DNA of 64,000 nt from Octopus vulgaris (GCA_951406725.2 OX597825.1:13392001-13456000); one strand, 5' to 3'. Shown: positions 12,620-28,164, counted from the first letter of the stretch. Numbers and translations are program-made. Notes: generated by a model from the sequence alone, not told the origin.

Positions 12620-12620
<1 letters not shown>
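12091..12620 (+). mobile_element. Family-B SINE with expanded internal (TA)n(TATG)n(TG)n
   Basis: Head ggcgtagctgagtggtaagaagcttgc..; internal microsatellite 12248-12400; tail ..ccagcatggccgtagtcaaatgactgaagc. Confidence 0.9.
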
Positions 12621-12677
<57 letters not shown>

Positions 12678-12708
12678 CCATATATATATATATATATATA
12701 AGCACATG

Positions 12709-12751
<43 letters not shown>

Positions 12752-14178
12752 TTACATATTCATGCGCTCACACACGCACATACACATATACATACATATT
12801 TACATATGTATATATATATACGTACGTAAGTCTACATAACCCTTAGTGTTGTCAAGTACTGTAAACCGAAAAATGACTGAAAAATCACCGCCGCTCTATC
12901 TACTACCACCACTACTACTACTACATAAACTATTGCTGCTGCTGCTACTGTTCTGCTCCTGCAGCTGATGATGTTGATTCTGCTGCTTACTGGTGCTGCT
13001 GCTGTTGCTTTTACAACTGCTGCTGCCGTGGCTGGCTTTTATTGTTGCTTGTTATTATTACTACTTCTCGTCTGTGGGGAAACTGCCTTCGCCTCGCCTT
13101 CGCCTTCGCCTCGCCTCGCTTTCGCCTCTCGCCTTCGCCTCGCCTTCGCCTTCGCCTCGGCACTCCCGCCGCCATCATCGAACATCAACTGCTATTGACA
13201 CCACTACCAATAACAACAACAACAACAACAACTACTACTACTACTTCTACAATTACTAGTAGCAGCATTAGTCGCCGCAGCAGCAGCAGTGCCAACAACA
13301 GCAGCAATATTAAACTGCATTTAGCAGACATCGGCAGTCACAATAACCATTGCCGTCGTCCAGAAACGAGCATAGTTCCACGTGGTCGCTCCAGTTTCCT
13401 AGAAATAGTAGCTACATCTGCTTCGAATAACTCAGATTGTGTTGTAATTAAATAAAGAATTGACTTGTTACAATTAGAATGATCACAGAAATATGCCTTA
13501 AAATGTTGGAATAGTCATGGCTGGAGTGCCTTTCAGTTAAGAGTTCTGCTTTAGCTTTCGTAAATTTGGACTAAGCGACAATAACAAACAACAAGGTTAA
13601 TTTCTGCGGCCCGTGGCCCCACAGTCTCTAATACCACCACCACCACCACAACAAAAACCACAACCACAACCAACAACAACAATAAGCCTGCTACCACCAA
13701 TACCACAATTATTACCATCACCAATACCACCACCACAACCATCGCCACCACCACAACCACCACCACCACAACCATCACCACCACCACAACCACAACCACC
13801 ACCATCACCATCACCACCACCACTACAACCACCACCACCACCATCACCACTACAACACCACCACAAACATCCCCACCGCATATACTGTTACCGCCCCGGG
13901 GCAACCAGCATTATCATCAACACTACCGCCAACCTCCATCTCCGTCCATGCCATCTCCCACGAAACCGAAATCAATTGAAACAGACCACACCCTATCCCT
14001 CATCATACCCACACTAACAAGCTGCACACCATCCCCCCACCTCAGGATACCCTCATATATAAAACATGTATGCAGACACGAGCGCGCTTTTACAAGCATG
14101 TATACACACACACAAACACAACGACACACACACACACTCACACACACGTAAATATATATATATATATATATATACACA

Positions 14179-14221
<43 letters not shown>

Positions 14222-14360
14222 GGAGAGAGAGACGGAGAGAGAGACGGAGAGAGAGACGGAGAGAGAGGGAAAGAGAGAGGGAGAGAGAGGGAGAGAGAGA
14301 GACAGACAGACAAGATAGATAAATAGATAGATAGATAGATAGATAAACAGATAGATAGAC

Positions 14361-14401
<41 letters not shown>

Positions 14402-14608
14402 CATACATACATACGTACATACATACATACATACATACATACATACATACATACATACATACATACATACATACATACATACATACATACATACATACAT
14501 ACATACATACATACATACATACATACGTACATACATAGTGGTAAGAAACCCAACAGGGCTGATTATAGAGAATATATAGACATATCTATCCATACACATA
14601 TATATGAT

Positions 14609-14642
<34 letters not shown>

Positions 14643-14719
14643 CATGCATATATATAGATATACAAATGTAGATATGTACCTATATATACATATGTACATA
14701 TATACATATACCTATATAC

Positions 14720-14759
<40 letters not shown>

Positions 14760-14765
<6 letters not shown>

Positions 14766-15206
14766 AATATAAGAGAGTGGTCACTATATGGCTCACTCTA
14801 GCACCAGTTAATCCAAAAGGTTTCAACCACAAAAATACATGTTTCCCATGAAAGTCAGTACGATTGTTAGCTCACACGGACAGGGCAAATAAAAAATAAC
14901 AAAAATACAGATTATTTTGGGACAATTGTTTCGCTATTAATGAATTAAATGTAATATTACTTACAAAAAATCCACTTGTAGCTCCTCAGCCAAAACTATC
15001 AGGATGAAATCCACTCAATCACACGCCAGACTTTACCATAACGATAAATACACGTGTGGTTCAATTGATTACATCCGTTGCCCTGTCCGTGTGAGCTAAC
15101 AATCGTACTGACTTTCATGGGAAACATGTATTTTTGTGGTTGAAACCTTTTGGATTAACTGGTGCTAGAGTGAGCCATATAGTGACCACTCTCTTATATT
15201 TATTTT
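14760..15206 (-). mobile_element. Foldback element: perfect 129-bp inverted repeats around a 189-bp spacer carrying a hammerhead; Penelope-like inverted terminal-repeat structure in (TA)n
   Basis: 14760-14888 is the exact reverse complement of 15078-15206; (TA)n on both sides. Confidence 0.8.
14915..14995 (-). ncRNA. Type I hammerhead ribozyme motif (intact)
   Basis: Minus strand reads ttttgg-CTGAGGA-gcta..(42-nt loop)..tagc-GAAAC-aatt-GTC-ccaaaa. Stem I is 6 bp, stem II is 4 bp, stem III is the palindrome acaattgt, triplet GUC. Confidence 0.85.
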
Positions 15207-15430
15207 ATATATATATATATATATATGCATATATACATATATATATATACATGCATATTTATAAATACATAAAATATGTTTGTGTGTATATATATATATA
15301 TACGTAAGTTCAGCAAAAATTTAGATTCAAATGAATATGGTACTTAATTTAGATGCACCAGAATTTTGAATGGTGTTATCCATAAAGATCGTGGGGTGAT
15401 TATTTTGAATATATATATATATATATATAC

Positions 15431-15499
<69 letters not shown>

Positions 15500-15654
15500 A
15501 TGTTGCTTATTTTGAATATATATATATACATATGCATATATATAATGTATGTGTGTGCATATATATATATATGTATATATATATGTGTATATAAATATGC
15601 ACAAATATGAATACATGGATATGTAACATGTATATAGATTTTAAAAAATTTGTG

Positions 15655-15805
15655 CTCTTTTACTCTTTTACTCTTTCACTTGTTTCAGTCATTTGACTGC
15701 GGCCATGCTGAAGCACCGCCTTTAATCGAGCAACTCGACCCCGGGACTTATTCTTTTGTAAGCCCAATACTTATTTTATTGGTCTCTTTTGCCGAACCGC
15801 TAGGT
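15655..15805 (-). mobile_element. Family-B SINE 3' fragment
   Basis: ctctttactcttttactc..cagtcatttgactgcggccatgctgaagcaccgcc..gccgaaccgctagg. Confidence 0.85.
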
Positions 15806-15975
15806 ACTGTATATATACATTTTTTAATTATTTTTTTTATATAGTTTCAGCTCACGAGCTGTGGCCATGCTGGGGCACCGCCATTTATATACATATATAT
15901 ATATATATATATAATATATATTTACAAATATATAAAAAATATCATTATGTGTGTATATATAAAGGTACACACACT

Positions 15976-16021
<46 letters not shown>

Positions 16022-16027
16022 TATTTG

Positions 16028-16101
<74 letters not shown>

Positions 16102-16459
16102 GTATGTATGAGAAGGAGCTATCAATACCAATTGATAGATTTTTAAATTGATTGACAATCAGAACGGTAGAGAAATAACAGATCGATGATTATGACTACC
16201 ACCACCACTAATACTACCACCGTTACTATAGCAATACCACAATATTATACCAGACTCCTGTTATACTACTACAACACTATCACCAATACTACCACAATTT
16301 CGTATCTGATGAACACCACTTCTACTAGCACCTGTACTAGATTTGTCACTCTTAATTACACTGTGACCCACACTATAGCTTTTTTTTAAAACTGCACTGC
16401 TACCCCTACCGCCTTTACTTCAACCACTACAACACTAGCTACCCCAACACAAGTGCTAA

Positions 16460-16524
<65 letters not shown>

Positions 16525-17113
16525 GTACTACCACCGCCATAGCTGCTGCTACTACTACTACTACGCCAACAACAACAACACCACTACTACCAGCACTGCC
16601 ACCACCCCAACTACCACCACAACTACCACCACCTCAACCATCGCCACCACCACTACCACCCCACAAACACCACTACCACCACCATCACAACCATGACCAC
16701 TACTCAAACCCCCACCCCAGCTCAAAGTTCCACGACCATCACCATAGAATGCAGAGCGAGGCCGTTTTTAACCGCTAAATACCGGGTGCAACTATCACCA
16801 CTACCACCATACTACTACTACTACTACTACTACTACAACAATTACTCTTACTACCACCACCACCACCGCTACCACCGCCACCACCATCGCTACTACAATT
16901 GTAACCGCCATTATCTTCCCAACTGTCGCTACCCCAGTCCTACTATCAAGATTAACACAGATACCCAGCCACCCTTCTACCCCCTCCCGCCATCATCATC
17001 AGCCAAGCACGACCACCACCACCGACACGAGTCGCCGCTACAATCGCCAACATCAATCAAAGCGCTATCATCATCATCATCACCATCACGATCATCATCA
17101 TCACCAACACCAC

Positions 17114-17163
<50 letters not shown>

Positions 17164-17814
17164 CCAACACAACCATCATCATCGTCATCATCACCATCAC
17201 AATCACCATCACCATCATCATCGTCATTATCACCACCACCACCACCATCATTATCACCACCATCATCATCACCAACACCATCACCGTTTTATCATCGCCG
17301 ATGTCACCACCACCACCACCACCGCCTCCGCCGACATCGTTGAAGCATTGTCACAATTACCGCCGCGCCCCCACCACCACCACCACCACTATATCCATCT
17401 TTTTACAGTAATAACAGCCACAACGGCAGCATCATCAGCATCCGTAGCATCAATGCCGTGGTGGTAGAGACCGCCGCGACTGTCAGCAGCAGCAGCAACA
17501 GTACCACCACCACCACAATCATCATTAACACCAGTCTCTCCATCACCACTGCCACCACCATCACTTCTGTCATTAACACCGCGTTCGCCACCGCCGCTAT
17601 CATAACGACGCTCTCGTCAGCACCACCGCCACTATTATCAGAGTGGGTTCCCCCCTTCACTCCTGTCTTGAGTCTCACCACTGCGCCCACCACTACTCTC
17701 ACCACCAGCACCATCACTATCATAACTCTTACCCCTCCCCCCCACTATCAACGTATCTTCCCTTGTTTCATCTCCACTCCCACCATCACTGCTATAATCA
17801 GCAGCGAAGTGAAG

Positions 17815-17868
17815 AAGTGAAGAAAGGAAAGAAGAAAAGAAAGAAGATAAACAGAAGAAGAAAAAGAG

Positions 17869-17902
<34 letters not shown>

Positions 17903-18555
17903 GACAGAAAGGAAGGAAGAAGAGAGAGAGAGAGGGAGAAAAGACAGAAAGTAAGGAAGAAGAGAGAGAGAGAGAAAAGGCAGAAAGGAAGGAAGAAGAG
18001 ATAGAGAAAATAGATAGAAAGGAAGGAAGAAGAGAAAGCGAGAGGGAGAGAGAAAAGACAGAAAGGAAGGTAGAAGAGAGAGAGGAAAGACAGAAAGGAA
18101 GTAAGAACAGAGAGAGGGAAAAGACAGAAAGGAAGGAAGTAGAGAGGGAGAGAGAGAGAGAAAAGAAGAACGACAGACGAAGAAGAGAACGAAGAGAAAA
18201 GGGAAAAAGAAGAGGAAGGAGAAGTAAGAACTTGCACGTTGAAGAGGATGTCGATGGTGTCGACGGCGGCGACAACGACGACGGCGGTGGAAGTGTCGGC
18301 TACAACAACAGCAGCAGTGGTGGTGTCGGTAGCGGCGGCAGCGGCATCGTTACAAGCGACGGTGGTGGTGGCGACGGCGGCTTCGGCTTCGTCTACGGCG
18401 GCGGCGGCGGCGGCTTCGTCTTCGGCGGCGGCGGCGGCGTGCTGCCTGTAGTATATACTACTAGTGTGTTGTATATGTGAAAGCTTTATTATACTGTGTA
18501 TAGCGATCATCGTCTAAAACCGCCACCAACAGCCGACCGGACTCATATTGCCAAG
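17815..18555 (+). promoter_or_regulatory. Putative promoter/5' UTR: ~410-bp polypurine tract followed by a CpG- and GGC-rich leader
   Basis: GA-only tract 17815-18228; CpG-dense segment 18235-18445 with (GGC)n runs, unlike the AT-rich surroundings; lies directly upstream of the signal-peptide exon. Confidence 0.55.
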
Positions 18556-18640
18556 ATGAAGTGTACCGTTGAGTTTACTTGTTGGATTTTGTACTACCTG
18601 ACAATTTTACAGGCCTTACTTCTTACTTTTGCACATGCAG
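18556..18640 (+). CDS. First coding exon of a secreted or membrane protein (signal peptide MKCTVEFTCWILYYLTILQALLLTFAHA, phase-1 intron follows)
   Basis: ATG in gccaagATG context (A at -3); basic n-region, hydrophobic h-region and A-H-A cleavage motif; ends at CAG|GTAAAT after 28 codons + 1 nt, a common layout for signal-peptide exons; unique, non-repetitive sequence. Confidence 0.75.
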
Positions 18641-18905
18641 GTAAATTGATTAACTTTTCGAAACAAAAAAAAAAAAAATAACAAAAAAGAAAAAGAAATG
18701 AAATAACGAAAAGCCTAAAAAAAAAAGAAAATAATAATAGTAATAACAAAAAAAAAGATACAAAACAAGGAAAATAACGAAACGGGGTGTAAGCATTTTG
18801 AGGGTGAAACGGGTGTTTTGTTTGGAGGTGCCGAGGGTTGTATGTATATAAATATATACATAGATACATACATATATATATATGTGTACACACATACATA
18901 CATAC

Positions 18906-18952
<47 letters not shown>

Positions 18953-19098
18953 GTATGTATTATGTATGCATGCATGTATGTATATATGTATATACGCATG
19001 TGTATATATGATATGCAATACATATGCATACATACACACATAATACAACGTACATACATAAGTACGTAAGTATATATACATATATATATGTATGTATG

Positions 19099-19132
<34 letters not shown>

Positions 19133-19538
19133 TATTGGAGTGCTGGAAATCGGTGCCTTTCAATGAATTATAAGCATGTATACATACATACATACATATA
19201 TACATACATACATACATACATACATACATACATACATACATACATACATACATGCATAAATACATACATATACATACGCATATAGTATGTATGTATAACG
19301 TGTCGGGGTGTCGGTAGGGGGTTTTGAAATGTAAACAAGAACGATTAAATTTTTAAACTTGCAAAAAAAAAAAGGTCCCTAGGCGTAAACTTTTGATTTT
19401 GGGAAGGGTGTATAATATATATGTATAATTTATTTTCGAGATTAAAATATAGTTTTTTTTAAATTTTCGATTCTGTGTGTGTGTGTGTATGTGTATAAGT
19501 GTGCTAGTGTTGTCACTGTTATGTTCTATATTATTTTA

Positions 19539-19607
<69 letters not shown>

Positions 19608-19746
19608 TGTGTGTACGCCGCGGGTATTCAATTTTTTCTCACGTTTGTAATCTCTGTATGTAATAAGAATTCGTTTCACATACGTACACGCATGTGCGTA
19701 CGTATGTATGTATATATAAATGTATGTATATATGCATATATGTATG

Positions 19747-19777
<31 letters not shown>

Positions 19778-20003
19778 GAATACATATATGTGTGTGTACG
19801 TACACGACTTTTGTGGGGTCCTCGTACGTGATAGAATGTTAAGGGCGTAGTGTCTTTGAAAATTTAAAATCAGGTGGATCCCTTCAGCTTCCATACTTAT
19901 ATATATACATACAGATATATGTGTATACATACATGCATACATACATACACACACACACATATATACACACATACATACATACATACATACATACATACAT
20001 ACA

Positions 20004-20039
<36 letters not shown>

Positions 20040-20189
20040 TATATATATTTGCATATTTATATACATGTGTATATACATATACATATACGAATACATATAT
20101 ATGTATATATTGATGTATGTATGTATGTATTATGTATGTATGCATGTATGTATCTATGTATATTCATATGTGAAATTAAAAATGTTTTA

Positions 20190-21243
20190 CTTTGCATTGA
20201 AATAACGCATATTCATCGAATGAAGGACTCAATACATGTGCAAGGCTGATAAAATTCTAAGTGAGTGTACGTACGCGTGTTTGTTAATTGGATAACTACA
20301 TAAGCATGCGTACGTACATAACGTTGATATATACATAAGCGTAACGAATAATATACAACACCGTCTGTCTATCTTTTTATCTTTCTTAGCATGTGTGTGT
20401 GTGTGTTTATATGTGTGTGTGTATGTGTACGTGTGTAATGTGTGTATGTGTGTGCGCTTGTGTACATATGTGTCACTGCGTAAGTTCGTGTGAGTGTGTT
20501 TGTGTCGGTGTGTGTGTCTGTGTGTGTGTGTTAGAATGATTGTCAATCCATCGTAGTGTATTTCTTGCTGTTTTGTTTCTCTATCCTCTTTTCACCAGAA
20601 TATGTGTGTATACACACACATACATACACACACACAGACGTATACACACACATGATGTTAAGTTTATGCGTGTGTGTACATGTGTGTGTGTGTATGTACG
20701 TATAGATAGATAGATACAGAGATAAATAGATAGATATAGATGTATACATATATATGTATGTTTATAGATAGATAGATAGATAGATAGATAGACACGTATA
20801 TGATGTGTATATATATACATATCTGTCTGTCTATCTATCTATCTATCTATCTATTTATTTATATGCATGTATATATCGAAATATATAATATATGTATATA
20901 TATATATATACATGTAAATATGTATATATATATATATATATGTAAATATGAATATATATATATATATGCATATTTATGTATACATATAAATATATATATA
21001 TATTATATTATATTATATGTATATTATACATGTATATACATATATATACACACACATTTATTTCATGAAACACACATGTATTTATAGATGTGTGTGATTA
21101 CGGAGAGATATACATGCATACAAACATACATGCATCTAGACACACTGTCTCTCTCTCACACACACACAAACACACACACATATAAGTATATATATGATAT
21201 ATAGTATGTACAATATCCAAATATACTGTGTATACACGTACAA

Positions 21244-21309
<66 letters not shown>

Positions 21310-21400
21310 TTGCATTCAAATAACGCATATTCATCGAATGAAGGACTCAATACATGTGCAAGGCTGATAAAATTCTAAGTGAGTGTACGTACGCGTGTTT
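20190..21400 (+). repeat. 93-bp direct duplication (20190-20282 and 21308-21400)
   Basis: ctttgcatt(g/c)aaataacgcatattcatcgaatgaaggactcaatacatgtgcaaggctgataaaattctaagtgagtgtacgtacgcgtgttt, one mismatch. Confidence 0.95.
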
Positions 21401-21522
21401 ACAGGGTAAATGTTTTTTAATTTTCTCCTGGTTTACGGAATTAATGTTATTTTGCGGTTGAAGCTTTGGCTGTTATTTCTAGTGGGTGAATGGCCTATTA
21501 TGGCCGTTCCTTGATTGTGATG

Positions 21523-21556
<34 letters not shown>

Positions 21557-21917
21557 ATGTACATATAAATATATATATATATGTATATATGTATATGTAT
21601 GTATATATATATATATATGTGTGTGTGTGTATATATATATATATACCCACGCATTTATTTATGCAATCATATTTATATTTATATATATATATATTTATTT
21701 ATCTGCCTGTTTATCAATCATCAATCGAAGTGTATCAATATACTCGCGACCAATAAACACACACACACTCACTCATACACACACATACACACACACACGC
21801 ATACAAGCACGCGCGCACGCGCACGCACATGTGTGTGAAAGAGACAACGAGAAAGGAAGAGACAGAGGAACGTTTTATGTGCAAGCGACCAGGACTCGAT
21901 AAAAACAATCCAAAAAC

Positions 21918-21961
<44 letters not shown>

Positions 21962-22223
21962 GCTACTACTACTACTAAGTAATAACTGAAGAATTTGTTT
22001 TGTTTTGTTTTATTTTATTTTATTTTATTTCCTTCTCATTTTGTTTCGTGTTTCCCCCCCCCTCTTTACATTAAACGTATCCTTTATTATTTTTTTTTTT
22101 TTTTTGCGTGACCCCCACGTTGAAAAAGATCCCTTTGGAAAACAATACACGCCGTTATGTGCCTCCACTCCCACCCTACTCCTCCCCCACCCCAATGTTA
22201 ATCATTTCCCTACGTTACAAACG

Positions 22224-22286
<63 letters not shown>

Positions 22287-22586
22287 TCTATTATTATTTT
22301 TGTTCTGGGGTTCAAATCCTGCTTAAGGCCAACTTTGCGTTTCATTTTGTCGGAAGTGTATGTGTGTGTGTGTGGGGGGGGTCGATAAAATAATAATGAG
22401 ATCGATGATATCGATTAAGTGACTCTCTCTCTCTCTCTCCGTCTCTCTCTCTCCCTCCCACCCCCTCTCTCTCTCTCTTCCTCTCTCTCTCTCTCTCTTC
22501 TCAAAATTCACAAGGTTTTTTTGTTTGTTTATTCCTCTTGTCATTGAAATCGTTGTTTTGCCATTTATCTAAATGTTGTCATCGTT

Positions 22587-24070
<1,484 letters not shown>

Positions 24071-24554
24071 TCAGCATCAGCACCGCCGCCGCCACCACCA
24101 TCAGCAGTAACAACACATAAACTACAACATCGCCTAATCAATCGTTTTTGTTGTTGTTGTTATTTATTACTGAAGGTCGATCTGATTGAACCCTCACCAC
24201 CACCACCACCAACACCACCGCCACCACGACCACCACCAACACCACCACTACCTCCCCTCAGTAATTACTGGACAGGAGCCAAAATCGTAAAGATGTTACT
24301 ATTATTGTTATTCATCTGATGTCCCTGTGGCAAATACACAAAAAAAAAATTAAACAAAAATACAAAAAATAAACATAGCCACAGCATCATCGTTATTTAT
24401 TTATTTATATTTTGGCTGAGATCGATTTTTGACTTTCATTATATTCGGGAGGTGGGGGGGGGGTCGATAAAATAAGTACCACCCAGGGATCGAAGTAATT
24501 CATTAATTTTTGTCCCCGCTAAAATTGCTGGTCTTGTGCCTGCAGTAGAAAGGA

Positions 24555-24598
<44 letters not shown>

Positions 24599-24669
24599 TA
24601 TTATCATTATTATCATTATTACTTGCTTCGGCAGTACAAATACTAAAATTGGAATTATTATTATTATCA

Positions 24670-24733
<64 letters not shown>

Positions 24734-24776
24734 CATTATTATTATTATGAAAAAATATTTTATTATTATCATTATT

Positions 24777-24942
24777 AGTGGCAGAATCGTTAGCAAGCCG
24801 GACAAAATGTTTAGTGGTTATTTCGTCTATCGTTACGTTCTGATTTCAAATTTCGCCGAGGTCGACCTTTACCTTTCATCATCTCAGGGTCGATAAACGA
24901 AATACCAGTTTAACACTGACTTTGTGCCAAAATTTGAAACCA

Positions 24943-24996
<54 letters not shown>

Positions 24997-25325
24997 GTGG
25001 CGGAGTCGTTAGCAACGTCGGGCGAAAATGCTTTACGTTCTGAGTTCAAATTCTGCCGAGGTCGATCGACCTTTGCCTTTCATCCTTTACGGAGATCGAT
25101 AAATTAAGTACCAGTGAAACACTGGGGGGAAGTCGATGTGATTGATCGACTAGTCCACCCCCCCACACACACACACACACACACAAACACACACATCCTC
25201 CCATCAAATTTCAAGGCCCTGTGCTTTTCGGTAGAAAGGACCAGTTACGTACGCACCTGAGGCGGGGGTGTCGATGTAATCGACTTAATCCCTTCCCACC
25301 AAGTTGCCCTTGTGGCAAAAATTTG
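24777..25325 (+). mobile_element. Cluster of diverged family-A SINE copies interleaved with (ATT)n
   Basis: gtggcagaatcgttagcaagccggac..gaggtcgacctttacctttcatc and a second copy from 24997. Confidence 0.8.
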
Positions 25326-25327
25326 AA

Positions 25328-25401
25328 ATCATCATCATCATCATCACCATCACCATCACCATCACCATCATCATCATCATCACCATCACCATCACCATCA
25401 C

Positions 25402-25436
<35 letters not shown>

Positions 25437-25455
25437 CCATCACCATCACCATCAC

Positions 25456-25491
<36 letters not shown>

Positions 25492-25518
25492 TACCATCAC
25501 CATCATCATCACCATCAC

Positions 25519-25565
<47 letters not shown>

Positions 25566-25620
25566 CCATCACCATCATCATCATCATCATCATCATCACC
25601 ATCACCATCATCATCTTCAC

Positions 25621-25653
<33 letters not shown>

Positions 25654-26150
25654 TATTATTATTATTATTATTACCCCCTGCCATCCACTTTACTGCATAT
25701 GTCCAAGTTCTAGTCGTTGTTGTTCTTGTTCTTATCGTTGTTGTTGTTGTTGTTGTTGTTTTTGATGTTCAGCACCAGGTCAGGATTAATTAAGGACCTA
25801 TAGTAAAAAAAACCCAAAAAACCCCGAAAAAAGACGTTCCACTTGTGACTAAGTCGTCTGAATTGTATACCTTGAACAACTCTAGAGTGTCCATTGTGTT
25901 ACTCCTTTGTTTTTTGGGGGTTTTTTTGTATTTTTGTAAATTTTTTTTTGTTAAGTGTGCGATTTGAGGGAGATTTGCTTGCTATTTTTAACAGCACGAA
26001 GTATCACGTAAAGGTTCTGCTGTCAATTGCTGCTGTTGTTGTTGTTAGTGGTGGTGGTTGTGGGGGTCAACGTGGTGGTGGTTTTATCGACATTGCTGTC
26101 ACAATTGTGGACGACGACGATGATGATGATGATGATGATGATGGTAGTGG

Positions 26151-26210
<60 letters not shown>

Positions 26211-26224
26211 CGACGATGATGATG

Positions 26225-26287
<63 letters not shown>

Positions 26288-26324
26288 GTGATGACGATGA
26301 TGATGATGATGATGGTGATGACGA

Positions 26325-26358
<34 letters not shown>

Positions 26359-26397
26359 GGTGGTGATGATAATGATGATGATGATGATGATGATGGT
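25328..26397. repeat. (CAT/CAC)n 25328-25652 and opposite-orientation (GAT/GGT)n 26110-26397
   Basis: Direct reading. Confidence 0.95.
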
Positions 26398-27035
26398 CGA
26401 GTGTTGTAGAGAGGAATATAAGATGGAAAATGTGATGTTGTCGGTCCCACCCCAGCTCCTCCACCCACTCCTTTCCGCCTGTACTTTGTCGACTGGACAA
26501 CGGGTGGACTCTTTTCTATCTACATAGACATCAAAGAGAGACAGAGAGAGAAAGAGAGAGAGAGAGAGAGAAAGGGGGTGGGAGAAGCGAGGATGAAGGC
26601 AAGAAGGAAAGAAAAATAAATAAACCAGCGAGGAAGAAGAATGGAAGAAAGATCGAAAAGGAACGAAAAAAGGAATGAAAAGAACAGATCAATCAATTGA
26701 TTGAGGTAGATCGATAGATAGATAAATAAACATTGACATAAATATATATATATATATATATGCAAACACAGAAAAATATACATACATGTGGTTCACAAAT
26801 AGGAGAAAATGAACTCATTACAGAATGTAGAGTATAGTTAAGTAGTTATAAGCTTAGAAACTTGAGGGGTTACGCAAGAATATGGAGTTTCAGGATAAAC
26901 TCCACATACGAAACTATGGGGCCACGAGTAACTGGTATCATTTTTCTCTGTTAATAATAAAAATAATTAGGTTCTTCTTTTTTCATTACAAAATAAAAAT
27001 TGGTATTTTTATTTTTTTTGATAAGTAGATAGAAT

Positions 27036-27148
<113 letters not shown>

Positions 27149-27310
27149 GAGGAGGGAACGAGAGAAGAAAAATGAAGGAGAAAAAGAAAAGTAAGAACAT
27201 AAAAGGTGATTTCAAGTTCGTGCCGGCAGAAGAACCGAGAATTTCGTCATAAACCACACAGGAAACTTAGTGGGGGCCATGAGTTACTCCTGTGATATTC
27301 ATAATTAAGA

Positions 27311-27376
<66 letters not shown>

Positions 27377-27791
27377 TAAATTAGATCTTGTTTTCCCATA
27401 TAAATATAGGTCGTTTCTCCTGCTACATACGATAGAACGATAGCTATATACAGATACACACATAAATAAATATATATATACGTACGAATATACATATATA
27501 TTTGTGCATGTGTGCGTGTGTATTTGTGTATATACATATATATATATATATACATATATACACACACACGCTCGTATAGGAGAGGAGAAAGAAGATGGAG
27601 AGGAAAGAAAGATGGTGGTGTGTTTGAATGGATTTATGATTGTATGTTAGGTGCCGTCATCAAACCGTACACTTCAAACAACATTGTTATGTTCATTTAT
27701 CAGATGAGAAGTAAATAATGTGACACCGAAAAATCACTGATAGATTTTCAGACACAAACAACTACCTTTCTCACATCTTTTCCTCTGCATA

Positions 27792-27839
<48 letters not shown>

Positions 27840-28099
27840 TGTATATATAAATATATATATATGTGTATGTGTCTGTGTGTGTGTATAAGACGACGGTCAG
27901 TGTGTCGTTGTGTCGTTGTTGTTTCTTGTCTTTCTATCTGTGTTTTTGTCGTTCTGTCTGTCGGCTGCTTTTGACCGAGTGTCTTCCATTTCTCTGTCTA
28001 TCTTATATAGTTATATTTCTCATTTAATGTTCGTATGTACGTTCGTATCTTAAGCCCTCTGTCTGTCTATCTATCAACCTATCTATCTTTCTATCTATA

Positions 28100-28164
<65 letters not shown>

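Noticed and set aside
13613-14017. Proline-rich extensin-like ORF
   Set aside because: Translation of a degenerate (ACC)n tract with a non-ATG start; no supporting splice signals.
16306-16312. CTGATGA motif
   Set aside because: No matching stem II or GAAA downstream; chance occurrence.
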